Assembly (NCBI GenBank): GCA_051942205.1
Contig: JAVECO010000015.1
Span: forward strand, 1-64,000
Direction of reading: 5' to 3'
Length of the DNA stretch: 64,000 nucleotides
Source of the DNA: Coniocarpon cinnabarinum
Lineage: Eukaryota
Below the pieces are notes generated by a model. That model was not told the DNA's origin. It did not search any database and saw only the letters and a list, made by a program, of their open reading frames with translations. Shown one piece after another: positions 1-12,843 of this stretch (positions are counted from its first letter, which is position 1; the number at the start of each line of letters is the position of its first letter). The position numbers were made by a program, and so were the translations under genes.

Positions 1-3000
1 TATAATTAATATATAAAGTAATAAATATAGAACTAGATTATAAGCTAATATTACTTAATATATTTAATATAGATAACGCTAGTATATAAGATAAAGCTTA
101 CTTATATAATAATATATAGCTATATAAGATATATAAAAAGGTTAAAAAATAGACTACCTAGGCTAAAGAGAAGATTTATAATAAGAGTAAAGTAATACTT
201 TTAACTACTAGCTTACCTAGAGTTTATAAAAGATTTAAGAAAATTTTCTAGAAAGAAGTATAAAATAACTTACTAGAATACGCTAATTAAAATTATAGTA
301 TTAAGTTTCTACTAGAAACTAAGCTTAAAGATATATAACTCTACTCTATAAATCTAGCTTATAAGAAGAAATATTAAAGTTATATTAATAAATTACTTAA
401 GCAAAAATTTATTTAACTATTAAAGGTACTAGTTTCTTACTTACTATTCTTTATACTAAAAAAAGAAAATAAACTTTAACTAGTTATTAACTATTAATAA
501 CTTAATAATATTACGTAAAAGAATAGGTATCTACTACTAAATATTAGTAAAATAATTAACTACCTTTAAGGTTCTAAATTCTTTATAAAAATAAATCTAT
601 ATAGTACCTTTAACTTAATCTAGATTAAAGAAAAAGATAAGTAGAAGATAGCCTTTAAAATACTATCTAGTATATATAAGTACCTTATTATATCTTTTAG
701 ACTAACTAATATACTTATAACCTTTTAGAAATATATTAATAATATTTTATATAAATATCTTAATATCTTTATACTTATATATCTTAATAATATTATTATC
801 TTTTTAAAGATACTTAAAGAATACCTAAAATATGTTAAATAGGTATTATAGTAGCTTAATAAATATAAACTATAAGTTAACTTTAATAAATATAAATTCT
901 ATATTAAAGAAATAAAATTTCTTAGATTTATTATTAAAGGTAATAAAATAAAAATATCTAATAATAAGATTAAAGCAATTATTAAATAGCTAATACTAAA
1001 GACTATTAAAGATATTTAGTTATATTTAGGCTTTAGAAATTTCTATTAATAGTTTATTAAAAAATATTTTAGAGAAGAGAAAGCTTTTACTAAGCTTACT
1101 AAAAAGAATATACCTTTTATATAGAGTAATAATTAATAATAAGCTTTTAATAAACTTAAAGAATAATTTACTTAAGAACTAGTTATATATACCTTTAACT
1201 ATAGTAAACTAATTACTATTAAAATAGATACCTTTAACTATACTATTAGAGCTTATCTATTATAACTAGACAAAAATAGAAAGTTATATTCTATTATATA
1301 CTATTTATAAATACTTACTAAGCCTAAGCTTAATTATAATATTTATAATAAGGAGCTACTAGTAATTATTAACTCTCTTAAATATTAGAAGATTTATTAT
1401 ATAATTCTAAAGTATAAAATTTAAGTCCTTATAGATTATTAGAATCTAATATACTTTATAATAAGTATAATACTTAATAGATAATTAGTATAATAGGTAG
1501 AGAAACTTATAAACTTTTATATTATCTATTTTAGGTTAGTAGAAAATATTAATATTAAAGCTAATACTCTCTTCTACTAGCTAGATTACCTAAAGAATAA
1601 AATATAGGTTTTATATACTATACTTAAGAAAAATCTAGATAGAATACTTTTAAATAATTTAATTAATCTTAATACTCTTTTTTAGATTAAATAATATAAT
1701 ATTATAAAATAGCTTCTAGATAGATACTAGAAGAACCTAAAGTATAAATATATCTAAAGAATTCTTACTAAAGACTCTACTAGCTAACTTCTTAAATATT
1801 ATAGACTTATCTATATACTAACTTAAATATATAAATCTTTTATTAAGAATTACTATAAATATAGATACTAAGGCACTATAGCAATAGTTAGGAAGATAAG
1901 CTAAAAGTACTTTATTTCTAGCTTATAGCATAAAATATAACAAATCTATAATAAATACAATATTTATTCTAAGTCCTAATAGAATAAATATAAGGTCTAT
2001 AGTAAACTATAGCTACTTATATTACTAGATAAGCTATAGTAAACAGTTATTATAAACTTTATTACTAATTTACTCTAATTAATTAACCCTAGCAACTTTT
2101 CTACCTATAACTTAATTTATATTATTATAGACAAACTTATAAAATACTTATACTTTATCCTAATAATCTCTATATTAATAGTATCTAGATTTATATTTAT
2201 TTTTCTTAGGCACGTTATATTATAATATAGCGTACTAAAATAAATAATTTTAGATTATAATAAGCTATTTATATTATACTTTTAGAGATTACTTGTATTA
2301 CTTATAAGAATTAAAAAAAGACTTAGTATTTTATTTTATCTATAAATAGACAGCTAAACTAAACAAATAAACTAAATACTAGAAGAATTTCTTAGAAAAT
2401 ATATTAATTATTAATAGAATAATTAGGTATTACTTCTACTACTAGTATAGTTTATATATAACTTAAGCTACTTATAACTAACTAAAGAAACTCTATTCTT
2501 TGTAAATTATAGACTTAACCTAGAACTTATATATAAGTTTATTATAGAAAGAAACTTAGTAGCCTAGGCTAAAGTATTATACTAATAGCTATAAGATCTA
2601 TATTATACGCTATAAATTAAATATAACTATTTATACTAGAAAATAATATACTATACTAATAAGTATAGATCTAAGAGTCTAGATCTAAAGGAAAAGGATA
2701 CTATCTACCTATAAAGAAAAAATATTAAAACTAAATAACTAAGTAGTAAACTAGATTTTATAAAGCTTAGACTATTTAGAATTTTAAAAAAACTTAGACC
2801 TATAATATATAAGTTATAGCTACTAGACTCTATAAAGATATACCCTATATTTTATATCTTACTATTAGAACTAATAATAAATTATAAGATAATAGGACTA
2901 GTACTAATCTATAAAGATTTATAGAAACTTAAGTATAAGGTAGAATTAATACTTAGCTACTAACTAGTATAAGAAAAATATAAATATCTTATTAAATAGA

Positions 3001-4090
3001 AAGGTTATACTAATAAGGATAATACTTAGAAACTAATTAAAAACCTAACCTACTACTAGAAGATATTATACTATTATTAATAATAGTATCTAAATCTCTA
3101 ATACTAATACTCTTAAAGATAAACTTAAACCTACTTAAAGACTTCTATAATATACTCTATAACGCTAGATTCTTCTTAATTTTTAGTAGTTTATCTTAGT
3201 AAGCTATATTAATATTTATTTTTTTAAACTTATTATAATAACTTTTAATAGTATTTACCCTTTAAGTTATTTTAAGCTACTCTTAATTATAGTACTTCTC
3301 TATCTCTCTTTTAGCCTTCTTAGCTTCTTAAACTAACTTATTAAATTTCTTTTGCTACTCTTATATAAAGTTAACTACTAGAATTAGCGCTTATTAATAA
3401 ATAAAGAAAGAACTATTTACTATTCTTTATAGTTATCTATACGTTATACTTAGATTTCTTATCTTTATAGTTTTTATATATTACCTCTATTAGAATTAGC
3501 TAATAAACTAATTCTTATTAGAAATATATAGTATAGAGAGGTATAGTAAAGAGAATAGGCTTTTTAACTTATTTAAAGCGTTTAATAGTATATTTAAGAA
3601 GTTTAAAGAGAATAGTAGTCTAAGGCAAAGATTTAACTTTAGATTTTAGTTTTAATATACTAACTTATATAATACTATTAGTAGTATTCCTATAAGAAGG
3701 TATAATAGCTTATATTTAAAGAATAAAGAGAGATATAACTATTTATATTCTACGCTATAGTTATTTAAGACAAATAATCTATAGAGAGGCTAATATTATA
3801 CTATACCTAATATAGAATAAGAGGTTATATATATACGTGTACTACTACGCTAATATACTAGACTCTAATATGTTTAGATATATTTATCTTTAGGGCCTCT
3901 TATATATAAGGGTATATAACCCTAAAGAAAAGGGACCTCCTAGACGCTAGGCCCCCTTTTACTATTAGACCTACCCTTTTAGTAGAGTATATTCGCTTAT
4001 ACCTTAGTCTATATAGTCTAATAGTAAGCCTACCTCTCTCTTAGGCTTAATATTATTTAAATTTAGAATTAACCTAACTTATAAGTTATA
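1..4090 (+). mobile_element. RIP-degraded Ty3/Gypsy (chromovirus) LTR retrotransposon, pol region plus probable 3' LTR; 5' part lies outside the window
   Basis: Plus-strand motifs in Gypsy order, recoverable by reverting C>T/G>A changes. RT: NRYLLLNI at ~522 (NRYPLP), FIKINL..FNLI*IKEKDK*KIAFK at ~581-660 (IRIKEGDEWKTAF), YLNNIII at ~779 (YLDD). RNase H: NYNIYNKELL at ~1332. Integrase: FYL*IDS*TKQIN at ~2335 (FHPQTDGQTERxN). Chromodomain: YKVELIL...YLIK*KGY...NT*KLIKNL at ~2934-3047. Many stops and strong TpA excess. Confidence 0.93.
3734..4090 (+). repeat. Candidate 3' LTR of the Gypsy element (357 bp)
   Basis: Purine tract (aaagaataaagagaga) immediately followed by TATAAC (3734) ... GTTATA (4090), i.e. 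RIP-converted TGTAAC...GTTACA termini. Internal TATATAA box and a 9-bp inverted repeat (3887-3895/3920-3928). The partner LTR is not in the window. Confidence 0.55.
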
Positions 4091-5459
4091 AACTATTAAA
4101 TTAATTACTTACTAGTTTATAGTATACCTTATTTTCTTAGATAGCACTACTACTATTAAATAAAGTAACCTTTACTATAGTAGTACGCTAGTTACTCTCT
4201 CTTATAGGCCTTACTACCTTTATCTCTTTATATTATTCTCTATTATATTTTTCTATAGTAAAGGTTCTTATCCCTAGGACTACCCTACACCTTCTTAAGT
4301 ACTTAAGGGTAGGGTCCTCTATAGAGGCGTTATAGAAAGCCTTATAACTAGCGTAGGCCGTCTAATTAAGCTTAGCAAATAAGTACCGCCTACTAGCCCT
4401 CTAGTTAAAAGCTAGCAATCGAGTTTTTCTAGATATTAGGTACTTGTAACACTAAAGGCTCTTAGTAAAGCTTAACTTAATCTACATAGGTCTCTATAAA
4501 ATAATTAGAATAAAGACGCCTCTAGTCGCCTAGCTTAAGCTTTTCTAAGGTATAAAGATTAATAATAGATTCTACGTCTCTTTACTATATCTATATTTCT
4601 TAGACGCCTACCCTAAATAGCTATAGTAATAGCTACTACCTCTAGAAGTCTAGAAAAAAAGCCTACCCTTATATAAAGTTAAGAATATCCTAGACTTAAA
4701 GTATTAATACTAAAAGCTTTAATACCTAATTAAATAGGTAGGTTATTAAGAACTAATATAGAAACCCTAGAAGAATATTAATAATATATAAGAAACTAAA
4801 GACGCCTATTATTAAGCCTATCCTCTATACCCTAGGCCTAGCAAATCTATTTAGGCAATTAAACGCCCTCTCTAAGTACTACAAAAAGAAATTAAATATT
4901 TAACTAGCAACAGTTTTGCCGCCCTGTTCTAAGAGGCGGCTCTCTATAGTTAACTACACATAAGACTTCAACATTATTAACCCTAACAGAGGACGACAGA
5001 GGACCAAGTGTATAGTTAATCGGAGTATTAACCTGCTAGCTATTAGACCCGACAAGCGACAACCCTACTCCCCTAGCAAATTAACCGCCTATACGGGCGG
5101 GACTCAAACTAGGGGCCCTTAATACTATCAAATACGTACACCCAACAGGTTAGTTAACCAACTACGCTACTAGCAATAGGTAGTCTTAGTAAAACGCGAC
5201 AACAAAATAAATATAACCAAGTAGGAGCTTAGTAAATAAAAGAGGGAAGTAATATTAGGATCTAGAGCTAAGATGGATAATTTACGTGACTAGTGTCGCG
5301 TACGTAACTAGCTAGGGCGCATAACCCTAAGGGCTTAGCACACAATTATTTAAGATAGATTTATTATAGAGAAGCTTCCCTCTTCTCTATACAACGTCCT
5401 TTATAGTTAGGCCGTCCTTAGGTAGTAATAAGAGCTTCTAGGTCGCAATCCTTATAACA
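4091..5459 (+). mobile_element. Second RIP-affected LTR-element remnant ending in a candidate LTR (5253-5459)
   Basis: Purine tract aaaagagggaagtaa, then TATTA (5253) ... TAACA (5459), matching TGTTA...TAACA with one G>A change. The upstream internal part is AT-rich and I could not assign it to a domain. Confidence 0.45.
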
Positions 5460-6530
5460 ACATACTTTTATAATTTATCGCTCTAATTTAAGACCTTTAA
5501 TAAAGAGGACTGTCTCTTATAGGTTATTAAAGCGCTGTTTTCTATATTCTAGTATATAGAGCTTTTTAATATATAGCTAATAGTATAATATATAGTCTTT
5601 AAGGCTATCTAAGCTCTTAAAGGTAATATTAGATAGCTTTTTAATTAGTTTAACAAGATAAGAAGTAGCTAACTATTAGTATTGCTATATAATAGCGTTC
5701 TAGATATCTTAAGTAGTATTTTTACTATTTAGCATAATAGCAAGGCTCTAAGATAGATGCTATAGTAGTATATATCTTACTTTATAGTTGTCTTACTACT
5801 AAAGCTAATATTTTATCTTTTCTAATATATATAATTCTTCTTTATCTATATTATCTCTTTCTAGTAGAGAAGCTTAATTTTAGATAAATTCTAGTAGTTC
5901 TTCTATACTTAATTTGCTTATAACTTCTATTTTATATAAGAGGAAGTCTATAGGTAACTATATATACTAATTACTTTAATTATTAGTAGTAAAGAATAAA
6001 TTATTAGTATTTATATTTGTAGTAGTTATAAAATATATTCTTAGTAAGTCTAAAGACTTTAGCTAATAATAATAGTAATAGCGTAGGCTAAGGGCCTTAC
6101 TAGCCTTATATTTAAGTCTAATAAACTTAAGAATATAGGAATATAGTAGTAAGTCTAAAGGCTTAAACTACAATAATAGTAATAGTAAGGGGCTTAATAG
6201 AGCTCTACCTTCTATCTAAATTACTTAGAAGCTTACTACTATTACTTTATAGCTATATATAGGTAGGTATATTTGTTTACCCTCTAAAATTAGTATACTA
6301 GTATAGCGACGTTAACGGTAATACCGCTAGAGGTTATTTACTACTAGAGAATATCTAAATAGAGTCTTCTACGTTAGTTAAAGCTACTAGGCTTATAACC
6401 TAGTATAAATAAGGCCTTAGAAGGCTCCTATAAAGGTAGTTTATTAGTTAAACTATATAAAGGAGCGACTATAGAGAAAAAGTATAAGCCGTCCTTAGCC
6501 CTAGCTTATGTACTGCCTAATACAGTAACT
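5460..6530. mobile_element. Further RIP-degraded repeat fragment, family unassigned (possibly gag-like on the minus strand)
   Basis: AT-rich, TpA-rich and stop-ridden, with an imperfect internal direct repeat (agtaagtctaaag...aataatagtaatag at ~6043 and ~6148). Abrupt switch to balanced GC at ~6530. Confidence 0.5.
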
Positions 6531-6889
6531 AAGTCACCTGATTGGTGGTCTTGTATCACAACAGCAGATGACTGCCTGACTTCTGCGGAACTCGAAGCTC
6601 AGCCCCCTCCAAGACGGTTAGCGTAGGCGCAGGACATCTCTCATCTTTCGAGATCTGTAGCTACTCACTCGGCGTTGGCCAGTCAGGGCCAGTCACCATC
6701 CAACGCTCCCCTCGATCCTCCAGCGCTCTGGGCGGGCTATCGCATGGTGGGTTGCATGGCCTGCATAGCCTGGCTGCCTACACTTCCTCGTCCGCAACCG
6801 TGGACCTGAGACATAAATACTTATCATGCATCCTACTTGGCTACGTCCGGCCATCCTCATGGTCTTCATGACCCGCAGGGCTCCGGACC

Positions 6890-8350
6890 ATGGATGAAAA
6901 CGCCGTTCAGCTTCAGACCTTGCCCTCAAATCCTCGACACAGTTCCGCGTCGACCGGTTCAACTCATACGTCGTCAACAAACGCTACCATTCGTGCGGAG
7001 CATGTCTCTAATCGCCCTACGAGGCCTTCCTCGCCGCAGTCGAACTCCTCGCGCGCCAACGAGGATCAGGTCTCATTCGTCAGCCGCAATTGGGAACAAC
7101 TTCGTCGCTCGAAAGCCCCTGCGACTTTAATCAAATATCTCGTCGGTCTAATCACCTTGGTTGTGACCGTGTATTTTGGGTGGCAGTCCCTTGCTGTGGC
7201 CAATGCGAGCAAGCGTCTGGAAGAACAGCAGACATGCTTCAGCGCCGAGGTAAAATGCATGCGAGCTCCGACTTGAGACTTGTCGCTGACTAAAATACAG
7301 GCTGCTGGACACCCATTAAGCCTGCGATGTCGAGAGATCATTCGGAAACCCCCACTTTTGGCTCTTGTACGACGAGATATCACAGATAAAGACTTGAAGA
7401 TAGAGGCGACTTGGTCGGCGCTTAAGACCGTCGCAACTTTTGGCCTGGGAGTGTTCACCAGCATCTTCTTCCGTCCTCGTGTGGAGCCGTTTAGACCTGT
7501 GATTTCCCCAGCACGGCAAGCGTTGTCACCTCTGGATGGAATCAAGAATCAGCTGCAAGAGTGTGAGAGATGCGCTAGGCGCATGAACACCGCGGAGATC
7601 TGCACACAAACCCTGGAAGACACGTCAGAAGACGACCAGTTCCACGCCTGCATGAGAAGCACGTTACTCAGTAACAAGATCATTCCACTTTCCGAAGACT
7701 TCAAGCGCCTGGTCTCTGTCAAATTCATGTATCTCATCGCTGAGAAACTCCGACAACTTGAGACCCACGCTAACCCCAAGCTCGACGAGTCCTTGAAAAA
7801 GGTTCGAGCTGTCTGCGTGGGAAAGATTGATGACTCTGCGGAAGTCTATCGGCAGCAGAAGTCGCTTGCACGCACTTTGCTGGACGTCTTGAGCAGCGAG
7901 AAGGAGCCCGCAGCGTACATTGCGGGTGTGGAGCCACAATCGTGGGCATACAAGCACGTCTGGGATCTCCTCGGGCCCTTGGCATCTCTGTCGAGTCTTG
8001 CAGACGATGCAAGTCCAGACTGTTCCTCAGACGAGGAGCCAACCCCGGGCTCCACAGGCGAGCGAGTGCATACCATTAAGGAAAGATACGAGGCATCTAC
8101 TGAGGAGATGAGCAGGAAGAGCAAGCCCGACTACGACCTAGTCAACGTCACCAAGACTCCCGGCCAGCCTCCTCCAGCGCATCCATCTACACCACCTCGC
8201 TCTCGCCCTCGTTCGCGACGTCACTCGCACCTGCGACCGTCAAGCTCGCAATCTTCGACTCGGCAGTCTCCTGAAGAAACACCTCCGTCCTCGGATTGTG
8301 AGTCGAACATGCGAGAATCTAGTCTTGTTAGCTCTCGAAGTTGCTCCTGA
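6890..8350 (+). CDS. Hypothetical membrane protein (~469 aa, 2 exons) with Ser/Pro/Arg-rich tail
   Basis: ATG at 6890. Intron 7250-7300 (GTAAAA..GCTGAC..CAG) joins two ORFs in frame. Hydrophobic segment LIKYLVGLITLVVTVYFGW. No family recognised. Confidence 0.65.
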
Positions 8351-8902
8351 CACCGTTGGGTGCTGCGGGCACTGCCGGGAACGCAGGAGTCATCGTTCAT
8401 GGCGCCAGTCGAGAAGCACAGACATCATTGCATTTCGAGGACATGTCTGTTGAATTGGAATCGCCTGGAACTGAGAAAGGTGTCGACTGCGAGAGGGATG
8501 ATACCAAGATCATGTTATCAGGCGCGCGTTGGCAGTGTTGCAGGAGTCTGTGTACCTACGATAATGCTTCGGGTAGCCGTCACAAAAGTGTTAGCGTCAC
8601 AATCGCCGTCGGTTGAGGGTGGATTAGAAGATTGACGAGTCCAATAAGTTGGTCACGATGCACGCGACTATACTAAGATGAACAATGAAAATTGGAGGTG
8701 CATCGTTAATGCAGCGCGTACGCCTCTTGCGAAGAGTGTCAGAGAGTCTACTTTCAAGAGCAGAATTGCAAGTATTGATGCTTTGCAGATATTACCAGTT
8801 TACAAGAAGCTCTGTGAAGCTCTCAAATTTGAAAGCATTGCTATTATAGTTGCGTCGAAACGTTATGGTAGCCAACGTCTTTCCATCTTGCCTGGCGTCA
8901 GG

Positions 8903-11900
8903 TCAACCGAGTTGGATCCGGACATCACCATTCCAGGCGCCTCCACTAGTCGGGGTATGAAGCTGCGTAAGGTATAGCACGTCTCCTACGTAACTTAATG
9001 AAGCGCTGGACGCGTTACATTCTTGTCCGTTAAGAGTGACTGATACTTTCGAAGGCCGCGATTTGATGCCTGCAATTGCCATGTTGGCAAGCGGCAATCC
9101 ATCCTCAAAGTCTCCGCTCACCGTTGATGTGAAGGTGTTTTCGGAAAAATGGAACTACGTGAGTGTTAGCGAAAACAGAGCTTATCAACACGAATGCTTA
9201 AGCAGGACGCACCTGCACATTTTTGGTCGCATTCTGTACAATGTGGATCCCGTCGTCAAGGTACAAGTCGCCTTCCGCGTTGCCGTCTTTGTCCAGAGCC
9301 ACTAGCAAACTCCATGGACTCTGTCGAGAAGTCTTGGTGGTGTTGCCTGCCTTTTGCATGGGAATGATGTATCCACCCCGGACATGCACATTCTGGTGCT
9401 CAAGCGGCGCGTCGAGGGTCTTGTTCTCGCCTGGCGCCGCATCTACCGGCTCGAGGGTATGCCAATCATACCATATGGTGCCTTCTGCAATACCAGGAAA
9501 GACGCCTTGGACAGTGGTAGCCAAGGGCGCGAGCACGGGTGTAATCAACAGCGCGGGTCCCGACATGAATTGCGTCTCGATTGCCTTGAGCTGAGGATCG
9601 TCTGGAAATTCCCAAGCCAGAGCGGTCAGCACCGTCGCGCCTTCCACGTTGGCGTGATGAAAGAGCGTGTACGTATACGGAAGCAGCGAGTAACGGATGT
9701 TCATGACGCGACGTGTGGCTTCGGCGGTAGTCGACCATCGATACGCTTCTTGCGCGATAGTGTTGCGGCTGTTGTGGTTGCGATACATGGGCGACCACGA
9801 GTTCAGCTGCATCCAGCGCGTACAAAGTTCCATGTCTGCGTTTTGCCGGAAACCGCAAGTCTCGACACCAAAGTATGGAATACCAGCAATAGAGAACTGC
9901 AAAGCTTGTGAGATGCCAAAGTACATGTTGCTCCAGAGCTAGATGCACATGTCAGTCGCTCAGACTCTTCGAGGCGACAAGAGCCAATCGAATGGATCAT
10001 ACCGAAACGCCATCTTGACCCCAGTGCCCTGTGAAGTTGCCGCTACCCGCAAACGTACTTCGAGCCATGGCGAACGGACGTTCTCCCGGGCGAGCAGCCA
10101 CGAGAGCGTTGTACGTAGCGTTGGCACTCAGATGACCGTAAAGGTTGTGCAGCTCGTACTCAGTACTGTTATGAGGACCGTCGTTGTGTGTTGCATTTGG
10201 CGCAACAACCTGCTTCACGAGCGACGAACCCGGGACTGCGGCATTATTAATCGCGTATGGAGGAAAATTGAGATTCCGAACACCAGGTGTAGGCAGTGTA
10301 CGCATGTACACAGGCGTGGATGTGGCCATCGGCGTTGGGTATGCTGAGGACTGGGACATGGCCGCGCTGCTGGCCGAAGCAGCTTCTGTCGCATTTGTCA
10401 CCGCAAACATCTCTGGATACCTATAATCGACGGCGAGCTAGGCCCGTCGGTTAGCAATATTTGTGCATGAACCTGAAAGATAATACTTGCCATAGTGTCT
10501 GGGTCCCCGGGTAGGGCGAACGGCACATGAATCGGGTTCTGATTCAGCTGACCTCTGCCACAGCTTCCAGTACAGTACGAGACCGGGTCGCTCACGTCTA
10601 GCCAGAAGCCATCAAAGGCAAAGACATCATGGTATTGCTGTATCTGCTCCGTCCAGAACTGATGCGCCTGTGGCATCAAGAAGTCGGGGAAGACGCTGAA
10701 ACCCGGCCACTCTACGCCGTAATAATAGTCATCATCGCCATCACGAATGTACGCGTTGAGTTCGGCGCCTCTGTTGTAAGTTGGGTACGAGTCACTTGCA
10801 TTGTTTGGATTTGGTACGTAGATGTTAGGATCAAGAATGGGGAGATAGTACTGTCCTCTGGCATGCAGCTGGCTTAGAAATTCTTGACCTGGAGTGATGC
10901 CGTAATGACCTGCGTTGTTGGTGAAGTCTCGGTTTAGTTTAAGATAATCAAGGTCGTTCATGATGCCTTCTACCTGAATACCTTGGGCAGCATAGGCGTC
11001 CAAAACTTCCATAAGATTGGTCCAGTTCTGATAGCTCCAACGGCACTGATGGAAGCCAAGAGCCCAGTATGGTTGCATAATGGGGGTGTTCACGATCCCG
11101 GTCTGGTATTGCGAGATGACTTGCTTTGGCTTCGATCCACTCAAGAAGTAAAAGTCAAAGCTGCCTCCAATGGTACGATAAGTCAAGTGATCCGGTCGGA
11201 GGAGCCAATCCTGGCCATGAGCGTTGCGAGCGTACACACCGTGGGAGCTAGAATTGCCCTGTTCATAACGAGTTTCCAGGTACATCGGGTGTACACTATG
11301 GGCGTTGACGTCGAGCGCAAGGTCTTCGTCCAGGTTGTACACATTCCAGAACGTCTGAGTGAAATTGTTGCTGAGCCGGAACGACCGCAAAGACTCGGCG
11401 AGCCCGTAGATATTGTATTCGGGAACCATAGTAGTAACTAGCTCGAGAAATTGATCCTCAAAGACGACTTTGGATCCGTAGGTGCTGAAAAGAACATCGC
11501 CATTGCTCACGCGCGTGACTTGGAATTGAAAGGTCGGATCGTTGCTCCACGAGAACTTCAGGTCGCTGTTTGCCTCGCAAGCTTGTGGCTCCGCGCCTGG
11601 CTGGGGAGTCAGATCCCTCGCGAGCAAATACAATGATCGGTTGCTTGCGTCCAGGTACTTGGGAAAAATGCGAACGTTCAAACGCTCTTTGCTTTGATAT
11701 TGCACGGACATGGCAAGGGCGTGTATATCGTTGCCATAGGTGTTGCATGCTGGACCAGCCAGCACCAGATCTGCGGTCACACCGGAAGAATCTTGCCTAA
11801 CGTCAGTAGCTCGATACCCGGGACAAACTAGCTGTGCATCTGGTGCAGAAACATCCATGACATTCGGTGTAATGCTTGGTGCATAATTGATTGCTGAAGA

Positions 11901-12002
11901 AAGAATAGGAGTGGGTGGAAACGCTGGAGGATACTGGGGTTGTTGTGCAGATGCAAGGCTTAGAAGGAGGGCAAAGAGACATGGCGCTTCTACTTTCCAC
12001 AT
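8903..12002 (-). CDS. Secreted GH31 alpha-glucosidase-like protein (~974 aa, 4 exons)
   Basis: Signal peptide; GH31 motifs [56 protein letters not shown]. Introns 10438-10490 (GC-AG), 9939-10002 and 9155-9212 join four ORFs in frame. Confidence 0.95.
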
Positions 12003-12454
12003 GCTGAGGGCTACAGTGGAAGATCACAACAGAATCACGGCCACATGGGCAGGATGTTATGCAAGATGGGCGCGGCAATCCATCAAGCTCGCATAAACAA
12101 GTGACACTCGAAGCAGCGCCGGCGGCTGGAGCTTATGAATACTCAACCCATACTCCCGTCCATCCAACCTATGTGATGCTCGCCGGCATACACTAGGCAA
12201 TACGAGTGTGGCGCCAGTAACGGGCGCTCTGGGAGGAGTTCGGAAAAATAAGATTTTGCGGAAGATCTTCCGCACGGTCGCCCAAGGTTCGCCTTCAGGA
12301 ATTGTGGCGCAAACTCCAACGCCACGCCGCCTACATATCACCTACACTCTTTCTTTGAACTTTCAAGACTTTGTGGGTAGTCTTGCTTCTGAAATCAAGT
12401 CCTCGACGACGTCGTAGCTGCACTCTCGGTCAAGAAACACTACTCGTATCATCA

Positions 12455-12670
12455 TTTCACGCTGCCCATGCGCTACGAGAGACGCGACTCGAAGTTGTCA
12501 AACTCCGTCTTGCTAGAGGAGCCAGCGTCAACTCCATCGATGATTATGGTCGTTTGCCATTGCAGTGGACTGATGCAGACTGTCACTGACCGACCGCTGA
12601 TTTTTTACTTAACCATGGAACAGACGTACCCCTTAAAGCTGATGACGGAAAAATCATAGCCCAGGATTAA
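12455..12670 (+). pseudogene. Ankyrin-repeat gene relic
   Basis: One frame reads LEVVKLRLARGASVNSIDDYGRLPLQW..CH*PTADFLLNHGTDVPLKADDGK, i.e. about two ankyrin-like repeats with an internal stop at 12587-12589 and no clear start. Confidence 0.6.
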
Positions 12671-12843
12671 GCAGTTCTCCATCACAATGGGGATCGCGAA
12701 ACGTTGGTCATCCGCCCGGGCAAATAAGTGCGTAAAGATCCACGTGATGATTGCGAAACTGGGCATGAATGTGCGCAAGATAATTTGCGACAGGTCGATA
12801 GCTGCCCGTGAAACTTGTCTGCAAATCGTTCACCTGACGAGCC

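Noticed and set aside
4975..5335. TAACCC/CCCTAA telomere-like hexamers
   Set aside because: Isolated one- to two-unit occurrences inside TE debris, not a tandem array.
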